Below, one piece after another: positions 1 to 12,105 of a stretch of DNA of 64,000 nt. Below the pieces are notes generated by a model. The model was given only the letters and a program-made list of their open reading frames with translations, was not told where the DNA came from and did not search any database. The position numbers were made by a program, and so were the translations under genes. Source of the DNA: the human T2T-CHM13v2.0 reference genome, Homo sapiens; NCBI RefSeq assembly GCF_009914755.1, contig NC_060932.1. One strand, written 5' to 3'. The first letter of the stretch is position 1. Each line of letters opens with the position of its first letter.

Positions 1-420
1 GCGGATGTACCTGCAGTACAAAGAGAACTTGCCAAAAACCTCTGGAGAGGAGTTAACCATGCAACAAAGAAGGAAACACATTCAGATAGAAAAATTATCT
101 CGAAAATGTGTATAGCACTAAACAGACTCCCAACTTAGAAGCAGAGGAATGGTATTTTTTTTAAACTTCCTAATGAACATTGCACTTAGCTAGCTGTCAA
201 ATATACAAACAGACTAATTTTTCCTTCTAATTATTTTGGGATGTTTTCCTTGGATAACATGATTATGTGGCTAGAATTCCTAATTCTGTGTATTCGTTAA
301 TTGATGCTTACTTAGGGTGATAAAGATCCTCCAAGCCTCAGTCCACAACAGTGGCTGAACACCTTACTAATAAAACATGCCAGTGCCTTTTTGGCTTACA
401 AACTTAGCCATGAGGTATCC

Positions 421-423
<3 letters not shown>

Positions 424-479
<56 letters not shown>

Positions 480-715
480 CATACATATATGTATATATAA
501 ATAAAATTGGATATATAGCTATATATTTATCTAATCATGATATATACACATATATATGTGTATGTATATCCAATCATATATATGGAGATATATATATGAT
601 CATATACATGGATATATATGTGTATATATTATCATATATATGGATGTGTGCATATATGTATGTATATATGTGTATGTATGTACATATAATTGATAAAAAT
701 CATATATATTTAAAG
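424..715. repeat. (TA)n microsatellite (pure ~424-476) grading into TA/TG-rich low-complexity sequence
   Basis: Directly visible; it explains the YIYIYI ORF 377-727. Confidence 0.95.
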
Positions 716-2267
716 TATAAAACATGATTTGATATACACATACATTGTGTAATGATTATTACAATCAAATTAATGCATCCATCACCACTCATTAGATCCC
801 CAGAACTTGCTGATCTTATAACTGAAAGTCTGTAACCTCATCAATATCTCGCCATTTCTCCTGCACCCTCAGACCCAGCAACCATCATTCTAATCTGTTT
901 CTATAAATTCAACTTTATTAGATTCCACATGTAAATGACAAATACAGTATTTGTCTTCCTGTGCCTGGCTTATTTCACTTAGCACAATCTTTTCCAGGCT
1001 CATCCATGTTGTTACAAATGACAGAATTTCTTTCATTTCTGTGGCTGATTAATATTTCATTGTGTGTGTGAGAAGGTGTGTGTGTGCATGCGTATACCAT
1101 GTTTTTGATTTATCCATTTATCTGTTGAGAGACACTTGGGTTGTTTCCATATTGTGGATATTGTGGATAATGCTGTAATGAACATGGGGGTGTAGCTATC
1201 TCTTCAAGGTACTGATTTCATTTCCTTTGGATATATACCCAGAAGTAGGATTCCTGGATCATAAGGTAGTTCTACTTTTTTAAAGGAATTATATATTGTT
1301 TTTTATAATGGCTATACTAATTTACATCCCCAACAATAGTATACAAGCTTGGGTTCTCCACACCCAAGCCAAAACTGTTATCTCTTGTCTTTTTGATAAT
1401 AGCCATCCTAACAGGTGCGAGGTAATATCTTACCATGGTTTTGATTTGCATTTATCTGATGATTGTGATGTTGAGCACTTTTTCATATACTCATTGGCCA
1501 TTTGCATGTCTTCTTTAGAGAAATGTCTATTCAAGTCTTTGTACATTATTTGGTTTATTGGTATTGAGTTGTGCAGATTCTTTGTAAATTTTGGACATTC
1601 ACCTTTTATCAATACATGGCTTGCAAATATTTTCTTTTATTTCATAGGTTGCTTTTTCATTTTGTTGAATTTTTTTCTTGGCTGTGAAGAAGAAGTGCTT
1701 GGTCTGATGTAGTCCCACCTGTTCATTTTTGCTTTTGTTGCTGGTACTTTTAGGATCATATTTTAAAAATTTATTGCCAAGACCAATGTCAAAGAGCTTT
1801 TTCTCTCTGGTTTTCTTCAAGGGGTGTTATGGTTTCAGATTTAAGTCTTTGATTAGTTTAGAGTTCATTTTTTTGTGTATAGTGTAAGAGAAAGGTCTTA
1901 TTTATTTTTATTTTTTTTTTTTTCTGCATGTGGACATCCAGTTTGCCCAACATCATTTATTGAAGAGGCTGTGTTTTTCTCATTGTGTATTTTTGGAAAC
2001 TTTGTCAAGGATCAGTTGACCATAAATGGGTGAATTTATTTCTGAGCTCTCTATTCTGTTTCATTGGTCTATGTGTCTCCTTTAATGCAAATACCATACT
2101 GTTTTGATTACTGTAGCTTTGTAATATGTTTTCAAATTAGGACACTCCAGACTTGTTCATTTTTCTTGAGATTGCTTAGGATATTTGAGTATTCTTGTGG
2201 TTTCCTATAAATATTAAGATTTAAAAAAATTATAAGAAATGCCACTGGAATTCTGATAGTGATAGCA
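700..2267 (-). mobile_element. Old L1 (L1MA-type), 3' part of ORF2 plus 3' UTR
   Basis: Minus-strand ORFs 1430-1612 (KDLNRHFSKEDMQMANEYMKKCSTS) and 1599-1820 (LFDIGLGNKFL) match the L1 ORF2 C-terminus; L1MA-like 3' UTR at 720-1250. Confidence 0.9.
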
Positions 2268-2595
2268 AGTTATGAAATCAACATACAAAAATAATTTGTG
2301 TTTCTATACATTAACAGTGAACAATCCAAAAAGTAAATTAAGAAAACAATCCCATTTACAATAGCATCAAAAAATAAAATACTTAGAAATAAATTTTAGG
2401 AAGTGGATGAAAACAATATGACATCAATAGAAGAAATCAAAGAAGACACAAATACATGGAAAGACATCCTGTGTTCATGGATTGGAAGAATTAATATCAT
2501 TAAAATGTACATACTACCAAAAGCAATCTACAGATTCAGTGCAATTTTATCAACATTCCAATGGCACTTTTCACATAAACAGAAAGAACCTTCCT
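2263..2595 (+). mobile_element. Inverted L1 ORF2 segment (5' inversion of the adjacent L1)
   Basis: ORF 2403-2597 [39 protein letters not shown] is L1 ORF2, in opposite orientation to 700-2267 and directly abutting it. Confidence 0.88.
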
Positions 2596-2959
2596 GAGCT
2601 ATCCAATTTTGAATAAATTCATATTCCTACCACTTTTAAGGAAAAAGTGAAAGGAGCTGGCTAGGCTAGAAGGAGAACAAATGGTTATAAAAAGGGTTTA
2701 ATCCTGTATATTTCAGGTATCTGGCAGCTGAAGGAGAAGCAATGTTAGTCAAGGAAAACCAAGGATCCAACGTCAGACAAGCAAAGAGTGTATCAGTCTA
2801 GAGGGTAGAGGCATAATTAAAACTGAGAGACAGAAGCAATACTCTGTAGTGAAATAGAAATTGTGTGGTAAGCACCTGCCATTTTTCACCTGTCCTTTGA
2901 GGTTGCATAGCTCTATAGCTATGCTTTTGTTTTTACTTTTTTTGCTTTGTTTATTTGTT

Positions 2960-3330
2960 TTGTAGCTGTGTCCTAATTTTCTTTTGAGGAATTATCTCCT
3001 TATTGCATACCATTTTAATGGAACAATATTATCAAGATGCCTGCCTTCCTTTGGCCAAAGAGTGGACAAATGACCCCAAAATAATCCAATCTGACATTCT
3101 TTCCTGGGAATCTGAATATTAAGCACAGAGAAGAGGACAGAATGTGGCTGGAAATGATTCATATTGCCTATCAGTTTCTGCTCCAATCATCAGGGTAGAC
3201 CTGGATTCTTTCTTAGAAGACTGGCTGTTCGGCTTTCCTTGTGATTCTGTTAGATACCCTCCATTCTTCCAACAAATTTACATTTTGCTTAAAATAGCCA
3301 GTTGGTTTTATTACTTGAAGCAAACAAAGG
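2960..3330 (+). mobile_element. Old ERVL-type LTR (LTR33/LTR16-like)
   Basis: ccaatctgacattctttcctgggaatctgaat and terminal tgcttaaaatagccagttggttttattacttgaagcaa resemble the recalled LTR33 consensus. Confidence 0.55.
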
Positions 3331-3344
3331 GGACCCCAAAGAAT

Positions 3345-3810
3345 TATATTAGCGGGATATGATAGAATATGCTACAGTAATGGACAATCTCTCAAGATCA
3401 CTGGCTTAAGACAGCAATGTTATTTTTCTATACAAAGTCTATGGTGGATCCAGGTGACTCTTCAGGGAAGCTGTTCTTCAGCTGGTTACCTAGCCCCTCA
3501 TCCCCTGTTACTTTGATCTTATGACAAAAAGGCACATATTCCTTGATTTCTGTAGCTTTCCTACTAATCTTTCAACAGTAGTTACTGCTCGACTAACTGT
3601 TTGGTTCTCCCCACATTTTCTCATTCAATTCCAAATAAAAAACTGATTAGCCTAGCAAATCTCCATTGCCCTTCTTTAGATTCCAACTGATAAGTCATCT
3701 GGACTGATTGTCCTTGAGTAAAATGCTCAGCCCTGCTCCAATCAGCGGCTACCCCTCAACCAAACATGAGCCTGGGATCACCTCCCCTAGTGGAGCCCAC
3801 AAGCAGGGCA
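3345..3810 (-). mobile_element. Old MaLR LTR (MLT1J/K/L-like)
   Basis: tatgctacagtaatggacaatctctcaagatcactggcttaagacagca resembles the antisense MLT1 terminus. Confidence 0.5.
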
Positions 3811-4129
3811 CCATATGTGAGCTACTCCTGCTGGACTTATAAGAATTTAAAAAGCATCAGTTGGAAACCACTGAGAGAGCTTTGGGCAGAAATATAAATT
3901 AAATTCCTATCAGCAGAGTGACCTTGAAACATCATGTTACTTTTGGGGCCCTCTGATTCTTCCTCTGTAAAATGGGTTAGCCAGCAGTGTTTTCACAATT
4001 TGGGAAAATTTATAAGGATTGAGCATAGAATTTCATGTGTGTTCAGATGGTGTCTATTATGATATTTTGTAGTGAGGCCAAGTTATATAATAATTTAAAA
4101 TAAAATCTTGAAAGCAAATAGATAAAAAT

Positions 4130-4312
4130 TCCAGTTTCACCTTGCTCAATACTAAATTATGAGTTCTCAGGCTTATTGTCTGACCATTCAATCATCGTTT
4201 GTAAAATGATATTAACTAATCCTGTTAGATAACTTTGTTTTATTAACTAAATAAGGTAATGTAAGCAAATTGCCTGTGATACCATAGCCCCTTTAATAAA
4301 CTGTAGTTTATC
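4130..4312 (+). mobile_element. MIR SINE fragment
   Basis: Core tttgtaaaatg and 3' end taataaactgtagtttat. Confidence 0.5.
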
Positions 4313-4599
4313 AAATAAGATTGGGTGATTTATCCTTGGTCACAAAGTAGCAAAACTAATTCAAACTTAAAATATCCAGTCCCACAGTAAGAACATAATA
4401 GGCATTAAATAAGGGTCAATTAAGTTTAATCTATTTCCAACGTTACTGCCTTGATTATATCTGTGTTTTAAGTTTATTCTGGCTCAAGTATCACCTTTTA
4501 ATTCCCCACAGGTGGGTAGCACTTCAAGTTTTACAAAATCCTGTCTCATAATATATATCACTACATGTCTGCGAAAGGAGCTAAAAAGAAAGCGTTCAA

Positions 4600-4735
4600 C
4601 CACAGTTGCCTCATTCATAAAAAGGGATAATAACACTAACCTTCACAAAATTGCTGTGAGCATCAAAGGATACCATGTCTCTATAGTGCTTATCACAGTG
4701 TCTGGTAAAGTGTAGGCATTGAATATGTAATGGCT
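4600..4735 (+). mobile_element. MIR SINE fragment
   Basis: cctcattcataaaaagggataataacactaacc...gtgcttatcacagtgtctgg. Confidence 0.7.
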
Positions 4736-4775
4736 TCATCTCTTCCCTTCTGCCAGCTTTATCCTAAATATAATT

Positions 4776-4870
4776 CTTTCATTCATGCATGCATTCATTC
4801 ATTTATTCAGCAAACAATTACTGATATTCCAGGCTCTGTGCTAGGCACTGAAAATATCAAGATAAGTACA
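4776..4870 (-). mobile_element. L2 3' end
   Basis: (cattc)n tail followed by caaacaattactga...ccaggctctgtgctaggcactg. Confidence 0.75.
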
Positions 4871-6186
4871 ATATAATATTTTCAGCTCACCCTTTTTTGT
4901 ATCCACTGCATTTATTTATTAATGCTTCTGAGATTTTCCCCTGGTACTTTAAAGTAGTCTTTTCCCCATTCTACACCATCTACCCAGTTGGAAAAGATTC
5001 CTTTTTGCTTCACTCCGTGTCTCCTTTGGCACACTCTGCCTGCCCTGTCAACGTTGACACCCATTAGCACAGTCACTGGAAAAAGGTGTAAGTTCCTGCT
5101 CAACAGACTGGACACTAACCCCCATCTAGCAAATAGAGTCCCATCGATTCACCCAAGTCTGAAGAAAATTATTCCTCAAGACTGAAAAAGAGAGCAGCTT
5201 CATTCAGTTGACAAATAGCTTGACTGCCTGCCTCCCAGGGCTAGAGGACTGGAGAATTTGCAGTAATTACTTATAAAGGCGGACTTAAACATAATTTATT
5301 ATTCTGCCTTAATAAGCTTGCAAATCAGAATCCTCCCGTCTTCCTCCTCCAATTTCTATAATGGGAAGTACATCCCTTTTAAAAAGTACAACAAGTTACT
5401 GTCCTCAAAGCATATTTACACATTAATATACAATTATACAACTCTCACAACAATCTTTTGGATAATACAGAATTGCTGATTTTATCTCTGTTTTCAGATG
5501 AACAAACTGAGTTGCGGGTAGAGTCAGTGGCTCTCAAGCTTCCCATCATCAGAGCTCTTTACAGCCTAAGATTATATGCTTCGAAAAATTTTTGTCAGAG
5601 TTCAGAACACAAAATGTATCTACAGTATAACCCAAACTATGAAAACAAGTGTGAATGTTCATAGAATAAAATGACAAATATAAAAAGAAACAAACATGGG
5701 AACATAGTTTGTCTCTGCAAGATAAAACTATAATAGCTTTTTCATATTTTTTATTTTTTCTATAATGCATATATACATATTACTTTAATAAAGATAAAAG
5801 TTAACTCATATTCTTTTCCAAAGAGTTATCACCTTGCAATCAAATGAAATAATAATTTACATATTCCTTTTATTCATTAAAGGCAAAAAGAGGAATTAAG
5901 GCCATTAAAAACAACAGGTAGTAATGAAGATGTTTCTAATCTACTAAGAAAAACAGCCTTTCTGAGAACAAGTCAGTAAATTTTCACAAAAGAACATAAA
6001 CAACCCTCAGACCAAGACATAGACAAGGCCAATCCATGATTATATATGGAACAAGACTTAGGCAATGCCACTCTGCAACACAAAAATGACTGAGCATCCT
6101 GTCTTCTGAATAATGTTCCATTACTCAGTGGTTGCTGAATCTTAGCAAGACCATTCCCATGTGCTTTAATTTTCCTGCTTCCTAGA

Positions 6187-6559
6187 TGCAATGGACCTCA
6201 ACTGCTTTCCCTGAAAATTCATATGTGTAAGCCCCAATCTCCAACGGGATGTTATCTGGAGATGGGACTTTTGGGAGGTAATTTGGTTTAAAGAAGATCA
6301 TGAAGGTGGGGTCCTTGTGATATAATTAGTGCCCTTATACAGAGACACCAGAGAGCTTGCTCACTCTCTGATCTTCTGCAATGTGAGGACACAGGAAGAA
6401 GGCAGCCATGCATAAGCCAGGAAGAGAGCCCTAACCAGAATCCAGCCATGCTGACACCCTGATCTCAGACTTCTAGCCTCCAGAACGGCAATAAAATAAT
6501 TTCTATTGTTTAAGCTGCCCAGTATATGATATTTTGTTATGGCAGCTTGAGCTAATACA
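6187..6559 (+). mobile_element. MLT1A/MLT1A0 solo LTR
   Basis: Typical MLT1A body (gtgaggacacag...gaagagagccc...gacttctagcctccagaa) ending in gctaataca. Confidence 0.85.
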
Positions 6560-6656
6560 CTAGATAAAAATTACTAATATATTCACTCACCAAATTGAGA
6601 ACTTTAAACTTATAACTTGCTTTCCTATTTTCTCCTTAAAAAAATCACTCAACATA

Positions 6657-6946
<290 letters not shown>

Positions 6947-6999
6947 AAAAATCACTCAACATATACCCATACACCCTATAACAATCCCCTGCCAATTTT

Positions 7000-8830
7000 T
7001 CTTTGCTGAGATGTTCCCAGAGTTTCCCTAGAGTGCCAAAAAAAAAAAATCTAACATTTTTTAAGCTTCAGGTGTGTTCCTATTGGCCATTCATTGATCA
7101 GAGCACACCAACTATCCTAGAGGTCCTACTAAGATTCCAAAAAGAAGCCTACCACTGCAAAACAGGACCTTGAAAACAGTGTGCTTATCTAAGACCCCTT
7201 GAAAGTCCACCTACTCAAGGCTACTTTGCCTACTACAGCAAAGTAAGTTTCATGATGAAGCTAAGTTTCAATTATTGCTTGAAATCTGGAGTGTTATTTA
7301 TATCTGGTTTCTTAGGCTTTTGATTTCACATCAAATTATATTGTTCCTTTGCAAAATTTAGCTTTTAACACCATCATCTATTGTCTTTCTGTTTGTCCAA
7401 TATCTTGAGCACTTTTCATCTTTAAGAGAAAGTCTATGGAGACAAGGTAGACATAGACCCTGTAAATCTATCCTCAAGCTGGCCCCAAAAGCTGATGAGT
7501 TCCAATGTTCTCATCAAACTGACAGCCTGTGGATAAACTTTGCTTTGGATCACCTTATCAAAGCCCTATAAAGACCTTCCTCACAATTGTCTTTGTTTTT
7601 CTGTTTGATTAGAGCTGCTGTGTCTAAGTCAATCTGCCTGGACTTTTGGGTTCCTGGGCCAGCAGTTGGTCAAAGCTGGTCTATGTCCAGATTCCAGAGA
7701 CGTAAGTTAGCATTTTTGCATTTATCATGAGCCCTAAATCTAAGCTCCCTCCAGGCCAAACCCTGTGTTTTTCATGTTTTTGCATTATAAGTATTATCCA
7801 TGTACATGTCTTTCTAAATGCCATAATTTCACCAAGAGCAATTTGATATCACAGTGACTCACTTTGGAGAACTCTGACATTTAACAACATTGATCATTTG
7901 TGAAAAGCCTTAAATAAAAAGAAAATAAAATCTTAGATATCCTAGGGTTTGTATTCTTTAAATGTTATGGGGAAGTTCCCACAAATTTTGGATTTTAAGA
8001 TTGCCTTCCTGAAAGACTTTCCAAAACCCAGGATGGAGAAAAAAAAGTTGATTAATAATTTAAACTTGCATTTGAAGCCTCATTGGCTACTATGTTTGAA
8101 TGCTTGTTGCCTCAAAAACTCATATCAAAATTCAGTTGTCATTGGAAAGGTATTAAGAGGTGGGACTTTAACAGGTAATTAGGCTCCACCTTTACGGGGC
8201 AGGTTTAATGCATTTAGAAAGGGGCTTTCAGGGGTGGGTTTTCTCTCTTTGCTCTTCCATTTTTCTGTCATGTGAGAAATAATGTTCCTCCTCCCTGGAG
8301 AATGCTTCATTCAAGGCACCATCTGGGAAGCAGAGACCAGACCCTTGCCAGACACCAACCTGCTGATGCCTTGATCTCAGACTTCCCAGCCTCTAGAACT
8401 ATAAGAAATAGGTTTCTGTTCCTTGTGAATTACCCAGTCTCAGGTATTCTGTTATGGGAGCACAAAATAGGCCAAGATACTGACTTCTACCTTGGTTGGA
8501 AAAGTTTGATTGGCAGGACCTTGAAAATAAATTACAAGTTAGTAAACTCTCAAGAAGCATTGACATCCTGCCCCCACCTAGACAAGACATTTGTCAATAT
8601 TTTAAACAAAAGGGTCACTAGAAATTTAATTGTCCCATCCTAGCCAATAAAGAAATAAGAACTAATAGTCTCTGAGGAATTTTGAAGTGGTCTTATGGAA
8701 GATGAAATGCCTAATTTCTAATGATAGGGAAAAAATGATCTTTTTCTAATTGACACTGGGACTATTCTGTTCATTCTAAATTCTACAACTATATATCTCT
8801 TTTTAGAGTCATAAGATTGGTCAAGTGGTG
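7000..8830 (+). mobile_element. Degenerate class I ERV internal region: leader, gag, pro remnants (interrupted by an MST LTR)
   Basis: 8592-8633 translates CQYFKQKGH*KFNC (CX2CX4HX4C knuckle with two lesions); 8743-8781 translates FLIDTGTILFILN (retroviral protease DTG). Left boundary uncertain. Confidence 0.7.
8088..8479 (+). mobile_element. MST solo LTR (MSTC-like)
   Basis: ttcaaggcaccatctgggaagcagagac and gacttcccagcctctagaact...aattacccagtctcaggtattctgtt; degenerate TSD ttggc/ctgac. Confidence 0.85.
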
Positions 8831-8837
8831 ATGATCA

Positions 8838-10270
8838 GTAATGATTAATGATATTCAGCATATTTTTATGTATCTGTTGTTCACTTTCATGTCTTCTTGG
8901 GGAAATGTAGATTCAAGTCCTTTGCTCATTTTATAAATCACATTATTTGGGATGTTTTTGTTATTAGATTGTGTCAGCTCCTTATATACTTTAGATATTA
9001 ACCCTTATCAGATATGTGGTTTTCAAATATTTTCTCTCATTCTGTAGGTGGCTTTTAGCACCTGTTATTGTTTTCTTTGCTGTGCAGATTATTCTTAGTT
9101 TGATTTAGTCCCACTTGTCTATTTTTGCTTGTGTTGCCTATTCTTTTGATGTCAAATCTAAGAAATCATTGTCAAGACCAATGTTATGAAACATTTCTCC
9201 TATGTTTCTCTTCAAAGAGTTTTATGGTTTCATGTCTTACATTTAGGTCTTTAATCAATTTGTATTTATTCCTGTGTATGATGTAATATAAGGCTCCAAT
9301 TTTAATTTTTGTGTATGATGTAATATGAGGCTCCAACTTCATTTTTATATTCAGTTTCCCCAGTGCCATATATTGCAGAGACTATCCTTTCCCCATTGCG
9401 TAGTCTTGGCACCTTTGTCAAAGATTACTTGACCATACATACTTGGCTTTATTTCAGGGATCTCTATTCTGTTATATTAGTCTATATGTCTGTCTTTGCC
9501 AGTACCATATTGTTTTGATTATTGTAATATAATCAAAAGCTTTGTAATATATTTTGAAATCAGAAAGCTAAAGGCCTCCAGTTTTGTTCTTCTTTTTCAA
9601 GGTTGTTTTGACTATATGGGCTTCTTGTGGTTCAATATAAATTTCAAGATTGCTTTTTCTATTTCTGTAAAAAAAAAAAAGCTATTGGAATTTTGATAGG
9701 AATTGCCTTGAATCTGAAGATCAGTCTGGGTAGTATGGACATTTTAACAATGTTAAGCCTTTGAAACTATGAACATGGGTTATCTTTCTGTTAACTTGTG
9801 TCAACTTTCACTTCTTTCAGCAATGTTTTATAATGTTTAATATACAAGACCTTCACCTCCTTGGTTAAGTTTATGCCTATTTTATTTTTTTGATAGTATT
9901 GTAGATGAAAATTTTTTAAATTATCTTTTCAGACTGTTTATTGTTAGTGTATAGAAACGCAACTAATTTTTGCATGTTGATTTTGTATTCTGCAGCTTTG
10001 CTGAATTAGTATATTAGCTTTGTTGTGGCAGCTTTAGAATTTTCTACATATAAGATTATGTCATCTGAATAAAAGAGATAATTTTGCTTCTTTTATTATT
10101 TTTGTTGTTGTTATTGTTAAATTGTTCTGGCTAATACTTCCAGAACTAACTGGAATAGAAGTGGTAAGAGTGGGTATACTTGTCTTTTTCCTGATCATAG
10201 AGAAAAAGCTTTGTTTTTTCTCTCATTGAACATGATGTCAGCTATAAGCTTTTTATATTTGGCATTTATT
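8838..10270 (-). mobile_element. Old L1 (L1MA/MB) ORF2 fragment
   Basis: Minus ORF 9184-9369 (MKLEPHITSYTKI...IKDLNVRHETIKLFEE) is L1 ORF2; the rest is typical antisense L1 sequence. Confidence 0.9.
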
Positions 10271-10274
10271 GCAT

Positions 10275-11010
10275 ATTTATTTTTGAAAAAAATGTAAAAT
10301 AATATGTTTGATAATATACATGCAAGATAATTATATGTTTTGGGAAAAAAGAGAAAAATTTTGTCTTAAAGTTAATGGGTCCTAATCATGCTAGAATAAA
10401 AAATAAGTATATAAGATCAATTTAAGGGTATACTCTAAGTCTAGAACACCAGAAGAATTGAACTTAATTTTTTGGTTTACTAGTATCAAAATAATGAACT
10501 GAAAAAGAGAAATGAAACGTGTTAAAATGATTAATAAAATAGGGCTTGTCCATAAGAAAAAAGTTATGACTCTTATACTGAAATATGAGGTTTTATATAT
10601 TTATTTTATGTATCACAACATGTTGTGATATGTATGATGTATAAAAATACTGAAACTAGAGTTTTCTTTTATTGAACTATTAAAGTTGCTGTATGCCCAG
10701 ATAACAAAAGTTTTTATTATCAAGAAAATGATATGCTTTAATTCTTGATAAAATCTTAAGTTCCTAATAATCCATGTTACTTATTGCTGTAATTTAAACA
10801 ATATTGCTTATAACTATTTCTTGCTATAAGCAAATTTTCTCTATTCTGACGGCACTTCTTGATTTTGCCTTTCCCAAATTCAGACTCAAATCCAGAATAA
10901 TTTTTCATAAACTGTGTTTAGATTTTTAAATGAACACTAGATAACACAAATTGTTTTTCCTAACCTTAATAAAATAGCAGAGGGGGGGATATCAATATTT
11001 AAGAGTGTTT
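10275..11010 (+). mobile_element. AT-rich ERV1 internal segment (MER4/MER34-int-like), probable continuation of the 7-15 kb ERV
   Basis: Lies between the pro and integrase remnants; resembles recalled MER4-group internal sequence (gattttgcctttcccaaatt). Confidence 0.4.
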
Positions 11011-11014
11011 GAAA

Positions 11015-11145
11015 TATATACAATGGAGTATTATTCAGCCATAAAAATATTGAGATGCTGCCATTTGCAACAACATGGATGAATCTGGAGGTCATTATGT
11101 TAAGTGAAATAAGCCAGACAAAGAAAGAAACTATCCATGTTCCAA
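11015..11145 (+). mobile_element. L1M fragment (ORF2 end / 3' UTR start)
   Basis: caatggagtattattcagccataaaa...gcaacaacatggatgaatctggagg. Confidence 0.85.
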
Positions 11146-11556
11146 CCTTCAATTAAATCTAAAGTATTATGAGAGCTCTTTCGTTTGCCCAATGTAAGAT
11201 TAAAAAAAGAAACTAACAAATCAGAATGTAAGTTCAGAAAAAGTAAACTGATGTACATATTCTTTAATACTTTTCAGGATGAAAAATGTTAAATATACTA
11301 ATATGCTTGTCAGGATGAAATACATATACAATAATTTAACAATTTAAGAAAAAGGCTTTGTTATATACCCAAACTTATCAACAGGTAGAAACAGTTTTGC
11401 CACAACGTCACCCTAAGAAACTCATGAATTGATCTGAAATTCAAAGATTTAATCTTCTTCAAGAGGTATTTAATTATTCTGCAATGTGTACATGCATCAT
11501 AACATCACATTGTACCCTATAAATAAATGCAATTACATTTGTCAAGTTAAAAAATA

Positions 11557-11681
11557 AGAGAGAGACATCAGAGAAAACCACCTCTGATTCCTGATTAGGT
11601 CCTGTTAACAACTAGTACAGAATTAGTGCTGCAGAGTGTTTTATCTTTGAATCTATGCTTCCCAACTAAAAATACACAAAT
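11557..11681 (+). pseudogene. ERV integrase C-terminal remnant
   Basis: Translates ~RHQRK...PD*VLLTTSTELVLQSV..[frameshift]*IYASQLK, matching the gammaretroviral IN tail GPYxVLLTTxTAxxxxGxxxWIHASQLK. Confidence 0.65.
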
Positions 11682-12105
11682 TGAATTAGGCCATTCTTGC
11701 ATTGCTATACAAAAATACCTCAGACTCAGCAATTTATAAGGAAAAGAGGTTTAATTGGCTCTTGATTCTACAAGGTGTACAGGAAGCATAGCACCAACAT
11801 CACTCAGTTTCTGATGAAGCCTCAGGGAGCTTTTACTCATGGTGGAAGGCAAAGTGGGGCCCTGTACATCACGTGGCAAAAGCAGGAGTAAGAGAGTCAG
11901 GGAAGGAGGTGCCACACACTTTTAAATGACCAGATCTCAGGTGAACTCAGAGCAAGAGGTCACTTGTCATCAAGGAGATGGCCCATACCATTCATGAGGG
12001 ATCTGCCCCCATGATCCAAACACCTCCAACCAGGCCCCACCTCTGATGTTAGGGATTATATTTCAATATGAAATTTGGACAGGGACAAATATCCAAACTA
12101 TATCA
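11682..12105 (-). mobile_element. MSTA 3' LTR
   Basis: tgaattaggccattcttgcattgctat...atccaaactatatca; next to ttccacccctggcccc, the polypurine tract on the minus strand. Confidence 0.92.

Noticed and set aside
377-727. 116-aa ORF
   Set aside because: Translation of a (TA)n microsatellite.
1296-1712. 138-aa hydrophobic ORF
   Set aside because: Antisense reading of L1 ORF2.
5046-5059. Perfect 14-bp palindrome tgtcaacgttgaca
   Set aside because: A few palindromes with 7-bp arms are expected by chance in 64 kb (64000/4^7 is about 4).
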